A stretch of DNA of 32,000 bases from Deinococcus radiodurans R1 = ATCC 13939 = DSM 20539 (GCF_000008565.1 NC_001264.1:60533-92532), one strand, 5' to 3'. Shown: positions 18,986-26,427, counted from the first letter of the stretch. Numbers and translations are program-made. Notes: a model not told the origin generated them from the sequence alone.

Positions 18986-19708
18986 TCACCCGGACGACGC
19001 GTCCCACCAGGTGGGCGATACGGTCAGGGGCAATGATTGAGGTGTCAGGGTCCACGAAGTCCGGGTTGGCGCTGTCGAGGATGCCGCCGGGCCGCAGCGC
19101 TTTACGACGTGGCCGTCATCCTTCAGGCGGGCCACCACCGGGAAGTTGACCTCTCCCCCGACGCGCTGGTCCACGATGACCACGTCACCGTCGTGAATGG
19201 GGTGTCGGCCACCGGCCATGCTGTCACCGACCACGGTAAACGCGATCAGGTCACGATTTTCGGCAAACTGCCGCTCCACATAGACCACGTCACTGCTCTC
19301 CCAGAGCTGCTGCGGGCCTGCTCCCACCTGACCGGCGATGTAGACCGGGACCTGCTGCACGTCGAACATCAGATTGGCACCAGGGGCTTCAGGGTCGATC
19401 AGATAAAGCAGCTCGTGCGTGGGCTTGTCGAGCGCCACGGCGAGCTTGGTCAGGGTGTCGAAGCTGGGTTTAGTCCAGGTGCCGCTGGTGGTGGTACGGC
19501 CCCGTACAAGGTCATGGATGCTGGTACGCCCAATTCCGGCGTAGTCAGCGAAATCTTTGACGGTGGAGAGGTTGAGCTGCCGCATACGTTCTGCGATCAG
19601 GCCATTCAGTGGCCCTCTCGCCTTCGCCGCGCTGGTAGCAAGTGAGGTGCGTCCCATAGGGCTAACGTTAGCACTAGGATTCGCATTTGCGTATTGAAAT
19701 GTTCGCAT
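18986..19708 (-). CDS. prophage repressor, HTH_XRE + S24 (LexA/CI-type) autopeptidase; C-terminus apparently frameshifted
   Basis: HTH LSTVKDFADYAGIGRTSIHDLVRG, Ala-Gly cleavage context QVGAGPQ, Ser motif GDSMAGG and Lys motif VVKR. After VVKR the frame yields a non-S24 tail. The -1 frame yields a canonical S24 C-terminus that ends at 18963. Confidence 0.8.
   Translation of the reverse strand: MRTFQYANANPSANVSPMGRTSLATSAAKARGPLNGLIAERMRQLNLSTVKDFADYAGIGRTSIHDLVRGRTTTSGTWTKPSFDTLTKLAVALDKPTHELLYLIDPEAPGANLMFDVQQVPVYIAGQVGAGPQQLWESSDVVYVERQFAENRDLIAFTVVGDSMAGGRHPIHDGDVVIVDQRVGGEVNFPVVARLKDDGHVVKRCGPAASSTAPTRTSWTLTPQSLPLTVSPTWWDASSG
19680..19693. promoter_or_regulatory. operator O1 (TTCGCA-TT-TGCGTA)
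   Basis: A 14-bp palindrome with one arm mismatch. Its centre is exactly 22 bp from the centre of O2. Confidence 0.5.
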
Positions 19709-19722
19709 AAGCGAATTAGACT
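19694..19722 (+). promoter_or_regulatory. predicted early promoter Pe (TTGAAA-17-TAGACT)
   Basis: -35 at 19694-19699 and -10 at 19717-19722 with a 17-nt spacer, followed by the AAGGAGG RBS at 19732-19738. Confidence 0.45.
19702..19715. promoter_or_regulatory. operator O2 (TTCGCA-TA-AGCGAA)
   Basis: A 14-bp palindrome with one arm mismatch. It sits in the spacer of the predicted early promoter and covers the repressor ATG. Confidence 0.5.
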
Positions 19723-19743
19723 GAGTGCCTCAAGGAGGTGCAA
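19715..19743 (-). promoter_or_regulatory. predicted repressor promoter Pc (TTGCAC-17-TCTAAT), leaderless
   Basis: Read on the minus strand, the -35 is at 19743-19738 and the -10 at 19720-19715. The repressor ATG (19708) begins 7 nt after the -10 with no SD, implying a leaderless mRNA. The -10 overlaps the Pe -10 by 4 bp. Confidence 0.45.
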
Positions 19744-19744
19744 T

Positions 19745-20029
19745 CTGAGTGCCCTGAACACAAAACGGGTCGAAAGGCGAATGCGGCAGCTCAAGCTAAG
19801 TCGCTCACAGCTCGCTGACCGGGCCGGGATTTCTCGCGGCTACGTCAGCGATTTGCTCAATGGGAGGCGCGGGGGGCGACTGGGTGCCGATGTCATGTTG
19901 AATCTGGCAAAAGCACTCGAAGTGGAGCCTATTTTTTTCGCTTCCTCATTCGCAAATGCGAAACAAAAAAGCCGATCTGGTCGCATTTCTGGCCGGGAAG
20001 GGAGGGAAACGGGTGCCGCACATGAGTAA
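19745..20029 (+). CDS. Ner/Cro-like XRE-family HTH protein
   Basis: HTH LSRSQLADRAGISRGYVSDLLNG. The start is uncertain: either the CTG at 19745, 6 nt after AAGGAGG, or the ATG at 19781. The basic C-terminal tail overlaps the transposase start. Confidence 0.6.
   Translation: MSALNTKRVERRMRQLKLSRSQLADRAGISRGYVSDLLNGRRGGRLGADVMLNLAKALEVEPIFFASSFANAKQKSRSGRISGREGRETGAAHE
19949..19962. promoter_or_regulatory. operator O3 (TTCGCA-AA-TGCGAA, perfect arms)
   Basis: This is the third copy of the palindrome. It lies about 250 bp downstream of O1/O2 and about 50 bp upstream of the transposase start. Confidence 0.45.
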
Positions 20030-22151
20030 GAGCCGTGGGGCGCTGCTGAGCATGACCGAGTTGATGCGGCTCTACGACAAGTCCAAGCCGACCATCGAAC
20101 GCCAGCTTGCCAAGCTGCGGAAGACTGGCACGCCCGCCTACACAGAGAAAGTCTCGGAACGCCACAGCAAGGGGGGCGTGCTGGTGACCTACTACGACCC
20201 CACCACCCTGGGCTGGGAGGTGCCCTCAAGCTGTCTCCATCAAATTCTGGGTGATGGTGACAGCCCCCTGTCTCCATCACCTGTCTCCATCACGACCAGC
20301 AGTCTCCATCAACTCCCAAAACTGTCGGCACAGACGGTGGAAAGCGTCAGCAGTGACGGGGATGTTGCAGATCTGTCTCCATCACAAAACATGATGGTGA
20401 CAGCCCCCGGCTTCGACCCGGCGGCCATCCTGCTCACCCAGCACGGTGACCTCTCCGGTGGGACCTACACCGACACCGGGGACGCTCTGGAGAAACACCG
20501 GGAACTGTTGCCCGTCCTCCAGACCCCGGTGGGCAGCGCCGCCCGGTCCCAGGCCATCGAGCAGCTTGCCCAGCAGCGTGGCGTCAGCACCCGCACCATC
20601 CGCCGCGAGGTCGAGAAGGTCGAGCGCCGGGGCCTGGACGGGCTGAAGCGTCACAAGCGGGCCGATGCGGGCAGCTTCCGGCTTCCGCTGGAAACCCTGC
20701 AACTGGTGGTGTCTGCGCTGGTCAGCAACCCGCCCACCACGTCGGTGGCCTTCATTCACCGCACGCTGATCCGGGCTGTGCCGGACGCCATGACTCTTCC
20801 GCGTGGCAACGGGCGCACCATCACCGTGACTGCCGTGACGGTGGGCCGCGTCAAGCGCATGATGCTCGACCACCCGGTCATGCGCCTGCTGTTCGCCAAT
20901 GCCGATGACCGCAAGGAATTCCTGCGCTCCTACACCGGGCAGGTCGTGGCCCTGCACGCCAACGAGATGTGGCAGCTCGACATGACCCGCTGCGACGTGG
21001 AGGTCGTGGACCCGGAAACCGGGCGCATCTATCGCCCCCGCGTGCAGGCCGTGATCGACGTTTACAGCGGCTGCATCATGGGCATCGCCTTTTCCGAATC
21101 TGAGGACCAGACCCAGGCGGACCTTGCGCTGATGCGGGCACTGATGCGGAAGTCCGGCCCGCTGGCCGACCGTTACCCGCTGTTCGGGCTGCCCAAGCGG
21201 CTCTACATCGACAACGGCAAGACCTATTCCAGCGAGCACTTCCACCGGATTGCTGCCGGGCTGGGCATCGAAATCATTCACAGCCTGCCCCGTGTCTCGC
21301 ACACTCGCGGTGCGGTCGAGCGCTTCTTCGGAACCCTGCACGGACTGGAGCGGGCGATGGTCGGGTACGTCGGTCAGAACGCCGTGGACCGTTCCAGCGA
21401 GGAACTCAAGAAGCTGCGCGTGGCGACCCAGCGGTGGCTGGATACGGGCGTGGACCCCGGCCCCGGCAAACGCCACCAGACCATCCACGAATACCAGAAC
21501 AGCGTTCTGGCGTGGCTGATCGTCGAATACCACCAGCGCCTTGTGGACGGCAAGACCCGCCTGGAACACTTCCGCGAAACCGCGCCCGAATCCAGCCTGC
21601 TGGAACTGGACGCTGGAGAGCTGCTGCTGCTGTTCGCCCGCCGCACCAAGCGCGTGGTCAGGCCGGACGGCACCGTCAGCATCGGCAACGTGGCCTGGAC
21701 GATTCCGGGCGGAAAGCTGGCGCAGTACCGGGGACTGCCGGTGCTGGTGCTCGAAGACCAGTTCGCGCTGGGCGACGAACGCCGGGGCATCGTCTGGCAG
21801 GACGAACGCACCGGACGCCTGGAAATGCTCGGCACCGCCGTGCCCGCGCCCACCGTGGCAGCCAGCATCGCCGCCGGTGAGGAACGCCGCGCCCAGAAAG
21901 CACAAAAAGCTGCTGCCCTGCGGAGTGCCGACGAACTGGCCCGCGAGTACACCAACCCCGCGCTGATGGTGACCGAGCAGCTGCGCCGCGAACTGCCCGT
22001 GCAGGCCGTGACGCCGCTGCAACCTGCCGCCCGCGCCCAACTCAACCCCGAACCCCCGAAGCCCGATCTGGGCGACTTCGGGAAAGCGTTCCTGAAACCC
22101 GCTGACGACCTCGACGCGCTGCTGCGCCAGATCAAGGAGGAAAACGAGTGA
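20013..22151 (+). CDS. Mu-type DDE transposase (MuA-like; rve/D-D-35-E core)
   Basis: N-terminal HTH MTELMRLYDKSKPTIERQLAKLRKTG and a second HTH around GVSTRTIRREVEKVERRG. The catalytic contexts are WQLDMTRCD, LYIDNGKTYSS and GAVERFFGTL, with exactly 35 residues between the second D and the E. I chose the GTG at 20013, 6 nt after GGGAGGG; ORF-track 19956 or the ATG at 20022 are alternatives. Confidence 0.85.
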   Translation: MPHMSKSRGALLSMTELMRLYDKSKPTIERQLAKLRKTGTPAYTEKVSERHSKGGVLVTYYDPTTLGWEVPSSCLHQILGDGDSPLSPSPVSITTSSLHQLPKLSAQTVESVSSDGDVADLSPSQNMMVTAPGFDPAAILLTQHGDLSGGTYTDTGDALEKHRELLPVLQTPVGSAARSQAIEQLAQQRGVSTRTIRREVEKVERRGLDGLKRHKRADAGSFRLPLETLQLVVSALVSNPPTTSVAFIHRTLIRAVPDAMTLPRGNGRTITVTAVTVGRVKRMMLDHPVMRLLFANADDRKEFLRSYTGQVVALHANEMWQLDMTRCDVEVVDPETGRIYRPRVQAVIDVYSGCIMGIAFSESEDQTQADLALMRALMRKSGPLADRYPLFGLPKRLYIDNGKTYSSEHFHRIAAGLGIEIIHSLPRVSHTRGAVERFFGTLHGLERAMVGYVGQNAVDRSSEELKKLRVATQRWLDTGVDPGPGKRHQTIHEYQNSVLAWLIVEYHQRLVDGKTRLEHFRETAPESSLLELDAGELLLLFARRTKRVVRPDGTVSIGNVAWTIPGGKLAQYRGLPVLVLEDQFALGDERRGIVWQDERTGRLEMLGTAVPAPTVAASIAAGEERRAQKAQKAAALRSADELAREYTNPALMVTEQLRRELPVQAVTPLQPAARAQLNPEPPKPDLGDFGKAFLKPADDLDALLRQIKEENE
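20231..20408. repeat. array of seven 12-bp motifs CTGTCTCCATCA (5 direct, 2 inverted) inside the transposase ORF
   Basis: Direct copies are at 20231, 20268, 20281, 20300 (one mismatch) and 20373. Inverted copies TGATGGTGACAG are at 20252 and 20392, each extended to an identical 17-mer TGATGGTGACAGCCCCC. Confidence 0.85.
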
Positions 22152-22930
22152 CCCGAGGCAAGATTCTGGCTGAAACCATCATGCAGGAGGCGGTGGCCGC
22201 GCCCACCATCACCCTGCCGCCCGTGCAGCCCGCGCCGGAGCCTGCGGCCCCCACCATCCTCGGCACGCCCGCCGTGCGCCTGGTGGTCAACCGGATTGCC
22301 TACGCCGTCAAGCGGGGGAGCCCCCTGTGTATCGTGTCTGGTGAGCACGGCGCGGGCAAAACCACGGCGGCCACGCTCTACGCCAATTCCAACCCCCGCG
22401 CCCTCTACTGGCAGGCCCCACCGGAGTACAACGCCCGCGAGATCGTGGCGGACCTGTGCGACAAGCTGGGCATCCGCACCGGGGAAGCGTGGCGCGTGCG
22501 TACCAGCGTCCTAGTTTCCCACTTGCAGGAACACCCCCACACCGTGCTGATCGACGAGGCGCAGCGGCTCGATTACCGCGCCCTGGACATGATCAAGTAC
22601 GTCGCGGACACGGCAGGCGTGACCTTCGTGCTGCTCGGCTCGCCCTGGCTCGACCGGGTGATCGACCGTCACACCGACATCGCCAGCCGGGCGTGGGTTC
22701 GTGTGCGGGTCAAGCCGATCGAGCTGGACGCTTTTACTGCGCTGTACGAGCCGATGGGCTACAGCAAAAAGGTGCTGAAAGCCGTGCACGAGGTCACCAA
22801 GGGCGTGATGCGGTCCATCACTGCGCTGTTCGATCACCTCGACGAGGCCATCGCCGGGACGCCGGGCATGGCCCGCGCTGACCTGACGCCGGACCACGTT
22901 CGTGGCGTGGCCGATGAGGTGCTGTCGTGA
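22148..22930 (+). CDS. MuB-like AAA+ ATPase (transposition target-capture protein)
   Basis: Walker A SGEHGAGKTT and Walker B VLIDEAQRL. There is a GTGA start/stop overlap with the transposase and an AGGAGGA RBS. The position matches Mu B. Confidence 0.8.
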   Translation: MTRGKILAETIMQEAVAAPTITLPPVQPAPEPAAPTILGTPAVRLVVNRIAYAVKRGSPLCIVSGEHGAGKTTAATLYANSNPRALYWQAPPEYNAREIVADLCDKLGIRTGEAWRVRTSVLVSHLQEHPHTVLIDEAQRLDYRALDMIKYVADTAGVTFVLLGSPWLDRVIDRHTDIASRAWVRVRVKPIELDAFTALYEPMGYSKKVLKAVHEVTKGVMRSITALFDHLDEAIAGTPGMARADLTPDHVRGVADEVLS

Positions 22931-23355
22931 GCCGCCGCAAGCAGGACCTCAAGGTGGAAGGCAAGCGCCGCCGCGCCAGCGGTGAGGGCAGCAACAGCAA
23001 GCGGTTTGCCTTCGTGAAGATGCCGGACGGGCGCGAGGCGCGGATTCCCGCTGCCAAGGACGCGGGGACGTTTGTCTGCCTGGCGACGCCTGACGGGGGA
23101 TGGCCCGACCGCGCCGAAATCACGCTGCTCTACGACGTGACCCACCTGGTGGAAGGCAGCACCTTCCGCATCAAGGAAATGCGTCCCGGCCACGGTATGG
23201 GGCAGACCAAGACGGTGCGCGTCATTGAAACCGACTTCGAGATTGAACAGCACGAAGGCTGCTACGGGCAGGCCAAGCGGGCGCTGCTGTGCGTCCCGGT
23301 CCTGAGCGGCAAGGAAGCCAATGAACTGAGTGCCGACGACCTGGAGGTGAACTGA
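22927..23355 (+). CDS. hypothetical early protein (basic N-terminus)
   Basis: 142-aa ORF with a GTGA overlap with the upstream gene. No recognisable motif. Confidence 0.5.
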   Translation: MSRRKQDLKVEGKRRRASGEGSNSKRFAFVKMPDGREARIPAAKDAGTFVCLATPDGGWPDRAEITLLYDVTHLVEGSTFRIKEMRPGHGMGQTKTVRVIETDFEIEQHEGCYGQAKRALLCVPVLSGKEANELSADDLEVN

Positions 23356-23705
23356 TGCGCCTCCTGTCCGACGAGCGCCACCAGCACCTGGAGGCGGCGG
23401 CCCGCTGCTACAGCACCATGACCCGCCGCGCCCTCCTGGCCGTTCTGGCTGAGCGCTCCCCTGCCACCACGCTCGACATTCAACGGGCGTTCCCCGCGTT
23501 GTCCAACGAACAGCTCAGTCAGGACATCCGGCCACTGCTCAAGGCCGGACTGGTGAAGAGCCCGGGCCGCCTTGGCCGAGGCCGCCCGCACTTCTACTCG
23601 CTGACGCCGACGGGCATTCAGGCCCTGCGGGACCTGCATGACGAACTCTCAGCGCTCATCGCTGCTCTGCCTGTGGAGGCCCCCGATGACGAAACCCACG
23701 AATGA
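23355..23705 (+). CDS. winged-helix DNA-binding protein (MarR/ArsR-like)
   Basis: RRALLAVLAERSPATTLDIQRAF...LLKAGLVKSPGRLGRGRPHFYSLTPTG. A GGAGG RBS and a 1-nt TGATG overlap are present. Confidence 0.55.
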   Translation: MRLLSDERHQHLEAAARCYSTMTRRALLAVLAERSPATTLDIQRAFPALSNEQLSQDIRPLLKAGLVKSPGRLGRGRPHFYSLTPTGIQALRDLHDELSALIAALPVEAPDDETHE

Positions 23706-24105
23706 CCAGCTCCGGCAACTGCTCGACCTGCCGGACCAGATTCTCGCGGTCGAGAAGACCATCAACGGTCTGAAGTCCGACAAGGCCAAGGTCACCCGCG
23801 AACTCGACGCGCTGGAAGCCCGGCACCGCCTGCGTATCAGCAAGGAAGGCGGCTATACCAACGCCGACGACCGCAAGGCCGCGCTGATCGTCGCCTGTGA
23901 GGACGACGAGCTGTACAGCGCCAAGACCGAGCGCCTGGACAAGCTCAACGGCATGATCCGCTCGAAGGAAACCGAGCGGGACCACCTGCGCCGGACCCGC
24001 GCGGCCATCCAAGCGGGGGCCTACGCCTACATCGTCGCCAAGACCGAGGAACTGATGAAAGATCGGGACCTCATCACGGCCATCGGGTCGAGGCTACTGG
24101 CATGA
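23686..24105 (+). CDS. coiled-coil hypothetical early protein
   Basis: The ATG at 23686 lies 6 nt after GGAGG. The 139-aa product is rich in heptad-like charged helices and overlaps the previous gene by 20 nt. Confidence 0.45.
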   Translation: MTKPTNDQLRQLLDLPDQILAVEKTINGLKSDKAKVTRELDALEARHRLRISKEGGYTNADDRKAALIVACEDDELYSAKTERLDKLNGMIRSKETERDHLRRTRAAIQAGAYAYIVAKTEELMKDRDLITAIGSRLLA

Positions 24106-24380
24106 GCGGCCCCGACACCGTCACCACCGTCGAGGAGGCCCGCGCCGCCGGGCTTCTCTCCGGCCCCACGGTCGAGCAGGCGATGGACCGCGCCGTGCTG
24201 CTCGGCGAGGACTCCGGCGAGATCACCCTCTACCGGGACTGCGAGTGGTGGCACGCCTACCCGGTGGGCGGTCCCTGGAGCTGCACCGACAACGTCCCCA
24301 ACGCCTCGGCCCATAGCCCCCGCCTGGCGCTGGACCTGCTTCTGGCGCTGCCCGCTTTCCCCACGGAGGAACCCGCGTGA
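24102..24380 (+). CDS. hypothetical early protein
   Basis: 92-aa ORF with an ATGA overlap. Confidence 0.45.
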   Translation: MSGPDTVTTVEEARAAGLLSGPTVEQAMDRAVLLGEDSGEITLYRDCEWWHAYPVGGPWSCTDNVPNASAHSPRLALDLLLALPAFPTEEPA

Positions 24381-24727
24381 ACATCCTGCTGCTGATCGTC
24401 GTTCTGGCCCTGGCCTGCATTCTGCTGCTCGCCCTGGTCTCTGCCCGCCGCATCCTCGCGCCCCAGGCCGCCGCCTGGCGGGACTGCGCGGTGGAACGCG
24501 ACAGCGTGGTCACCCACGTCTACCACTCCACCTACACCAGCGACGACCTGGTGTGCGACGCCGACGACGCCATGCAGCGTGGTGACGTGGCCCGCGCCCG
24601 GCTGCTTCAGGACCTGGCCGAGGCGCAGAACGTGCGGGACCGCGTGCGGCTGGCCGAGGCTCGCTGGCAGCGCGAGCACCCGCCGGTGCGGGTCCGGCAG
24701 CACGGGGTGAGGGGGCTGGAAGCGTGA
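24377..24727 (+). CDS. membrane-anchored hypothetical early protein
   Basis: N-terminal TM segment NILLLIVVLALACILLLALVSA and a GTGA overlap. Confidence 0.5.
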   Translation: MNILLLIVVLALACILLLALVSARRILAPQAAAWRDCAVERDSVVTHVYHSTYTSDDLVCDADDAMQRGDVARARLLQDLAEAQNVRDRVRLAEARWQREHPPVRVRQHGVRGLEA

Positions 24728-24930
24728 GCGGGGGCAGTGTGCGGGAATATCTCCACAGGCTAGCCATGCGTCAAGACGTTGCCGATGAGAGCTTGCCCTT
24801 AGCCGAGCGTTTGAACAGTCTGCGCCCTGGTCTGCCTTGCTGCCTGTCGGACACGGGCGAATGCACGGGCGGCAGTCATTGCTGGGCCGACGAACCCGAC
24901 AACATCCCGGAAGGCTGGGGCGAACAATGA
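24724..24930 (+). CDS. small Cys-containing hypothetical protein
   Basis: 68 aa containing CCLSDTGECTGGSHC, with a GTGA overlap. This stretch is locally lower in GC. Confidence 0.4.
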   Translation: MSGGSVREYLHRLAMRQDVADESLPLAERLNSLRPGLPCCLSDTGECTGGSHCWADEPDNIPEGWGEQ

Positions 24931-25394
24931 CCGGCCCCAACATCTACGCCTACGCCACGGCCCGTGACCTGCTGGAGGCCATTCCCTGGTACGAGCGGGT
25001 CGAGTGTGACCTCGCCGCCATCTCCACCGCGTGGATGCGGCAGATGGGCCGGGCGTCCGGCACCTTCGACGTGCGCGGCCTGCCCTTCCCCGCTGTGAAC
25101 TTCAGCGCCGTCCACCTGATCCTCTCGCCGCTGGTGCGTGAGGAGAACGGCAAGCGCACCCTGCTGAAGTTCAAGCAGTGGCTCGAAGACAACGGCATCA
25201 CCCACATGCGAATCACCGGCAAGGGCAACTGGGAGCGGCAGCACGAGTACAGCCGCGACGGTGGGCGGAAGTGGGGCCGGATGCGGGTCCAGTCCGACGC
25301 GCCGCCGCAGCCCGCGCCCACGCAGGTGATCGAGCCGCCCGTGCCCCCGCCGCCGGTCCCCGTGACCGAGGACGACCTGTCCCTCTGGGACTGA
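24927..25394 (+). CDS. hypothetical early protein with Pro-rich C-terminus
   Basis: I chose the ATG at 24927 (ATGA overlap) over ORF-track 24837. 155 aa. Confidence 0.5.
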   Translation: MTGPNIYAYATARDLLEAIPWYERVECDLAAISTAWMRQMGRASGTFDVRGLPFPAVNFSAVHLILSPLVREENGKRTLLKFKQWLEDNGITHMRITGKGNWERQHEYSRDGGRKWGRMRVQSDAPPQPAPTQVIEPPVPPPPVPVTEDDLSLWD

Positions 25395-25406
25395 GGAGCT
25401 GACCCC

Positions 25407-25796
25407 GTGACCATCGACCTGGAACGCCGTGTCACCGCGCCCGATTTCACCACCGACCCGCTGGGCTACTTTGTCTGGCACCTCGAAACGCACCCGGACA
25501 TGTATCGCCAGTTCCGGCAGACGGCGGACGCCTACCGCGCCGGGGACCCGGCCCGACGCCTGAGCGCCGACATGATCTGCCACGTCCTGCGCTGGCAAAG
25601 CGTGGTCCATGCCGGTGACGACCTGTTCCAGGTCAACAACAACCTGACGGCGCTGTACGCCCGCCTCTACAAGAACGAACGGCCCGACGCCCGCATCAGC
25701 ACCCGCCCCTCCATGCTGGACGCGCTGTTACCTGACGAGCGGGACAGGTTGGCCGCCGCGTTCGCTCCCCTGAAGGAAGTGAAAGAAGATGCCTGA
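25407..25796 (+). CDS. hypothetical early protein
   Basis: GTG start preceded by GAGGAG. 129 aa. Confidence 0.5.
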   Translation: MTIDLERRVTAPDFTTDPLGYFVWHLETHPDMYRQFRQTADAYRAGDPARRLSADMICHVLRWQSVVHAGDDLFQVNNNLTALYARLYKNERPDARISTRPSMLDALLPDERDRLAAAFAPLKEVKEDA

Positions 25797-26001
25797 GCTG
25801 AACATCAAGTCCCCCGGTGAACTCGCTTACGACGGCTACCGGGACCACACCAGCGGCAAAACCTGGAACGGCTACCCCATGCCCATGTGGGCCGATCTGC
25901 CGCCCACCGTCCGCCATGCCTGGGAAGCCGGGGCGCAGGCCGTGCGCCGCGAGACGCTGGCCGAGGTCATCACGATGCTGAAGAAGGAAGTGCCCGCGTG
26001 A
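25789..26001 (+). CDS. hypothetical early protein
   Basis: 70 aa, with an 8-nt overlap with the upstream gene. Confidence 0.45.
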   Translation: MPELNIKSPGELAYDGYRDHTSGKTWNGYPMPMWADLPPTVRHAWEAGAQAVRRETLAEVITMLKKEVPA

Positions 26002-26249
26002 GCCAATTCCACCAAGTGCCACAGGCCGACATCTGGCCCGACACCTGTGCCCTGTGCGACAGCGACGTGCTGGAGCCGCTGACCTGCTACGTCTGCCACT
26101 GCTCGGTCTGCCTGGGCTGCTCGCAGACCGACCTCGCCGGGGACACCATCTGCGACGGGTGCGCCGCTGAAATGAACTTCTTCCTGGAGGTGCCCGATGT
26201 GCCCGAACTGCCCGATCACGGGCAAGCAGTCGTTTCACGGACGGGCTGA
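25998..26249 (+). CDS. Cys-rich putative zinc-binding protein
   Basis: GTGA-coupled GTG start at 25998. The 83-aa product contains CALC...CYVCHCSVCLGC...CDGC, which is 10 Cys in about 45 residues. Confidence 0.4.
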   Translation: MSQFHQVPQADIWPDTCALCDSDVLEPLTCYVCHCSVCLGCSQTDLAGDTICDGCAAEMNFFLEVPDVPELPDHGQAVVSRTG

Positions 26250-26427
26250 AGCACTGGAGCAGGCCCGGTTCATGGGGCAACTGTTCCGGGGCCGGGGCCT
26301 GCGCCCCCCTCACCGCCCGTACCTCTGCAACCACTGCGGCTACTGGCACCTGACCAAACGCGCCCGCTACGTCGATCAAGTCAGCCGCGCCCACCGCGTG
26401 GCCCTCAAACAACGGAGATTCCTATGA
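26197..26427 (+). CDS. zinc-ribbon protein (CxxC...CxxC)
   Basis: MCPNC...CNHCGYWHL with GGAGG 6 nt upstream of the ATG. It overlaps the previous ORF by 53 nt in another frame. Confidence 0.5.
   Translation: MCPNCPITGKQSFHGRAEALEQARFMGQLFRGRGLRPPHRPYLCNHCGYWHLTKRARYVDQVSRAHRVALKQRRFL

Noticed and set aside
19037-19645. 202-aa + strand ORF antisense to the repressor gene.
   Set aside because: It lies opposite a gene with clear HTH and S24 motifs, and its product is compositionally biased with no motifs.
19680-19962. The operator palindromes as a Deinococcus RDRM (DdrO) site or a classical LexA box.
   Set aside because: TTCGCA-N2-TGCGAA does not resemble the RDRM consensus as I recall it (TTATGT...ACATAA) or the CTGT-N8-ACAG SOS box. 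It appears to be a phage-specific operator.
20231-20408. The 12-bp repeat array considered as a CRISPR array or as a protein tandem repeat.
   Set aside because: The repeats are only 12 bp long, irregularly spaced (13 to 73 bp) and in both orientations, so this is not CRISPR. The same DNA word is translated in three different phases, so it is not a peptide repeat either.
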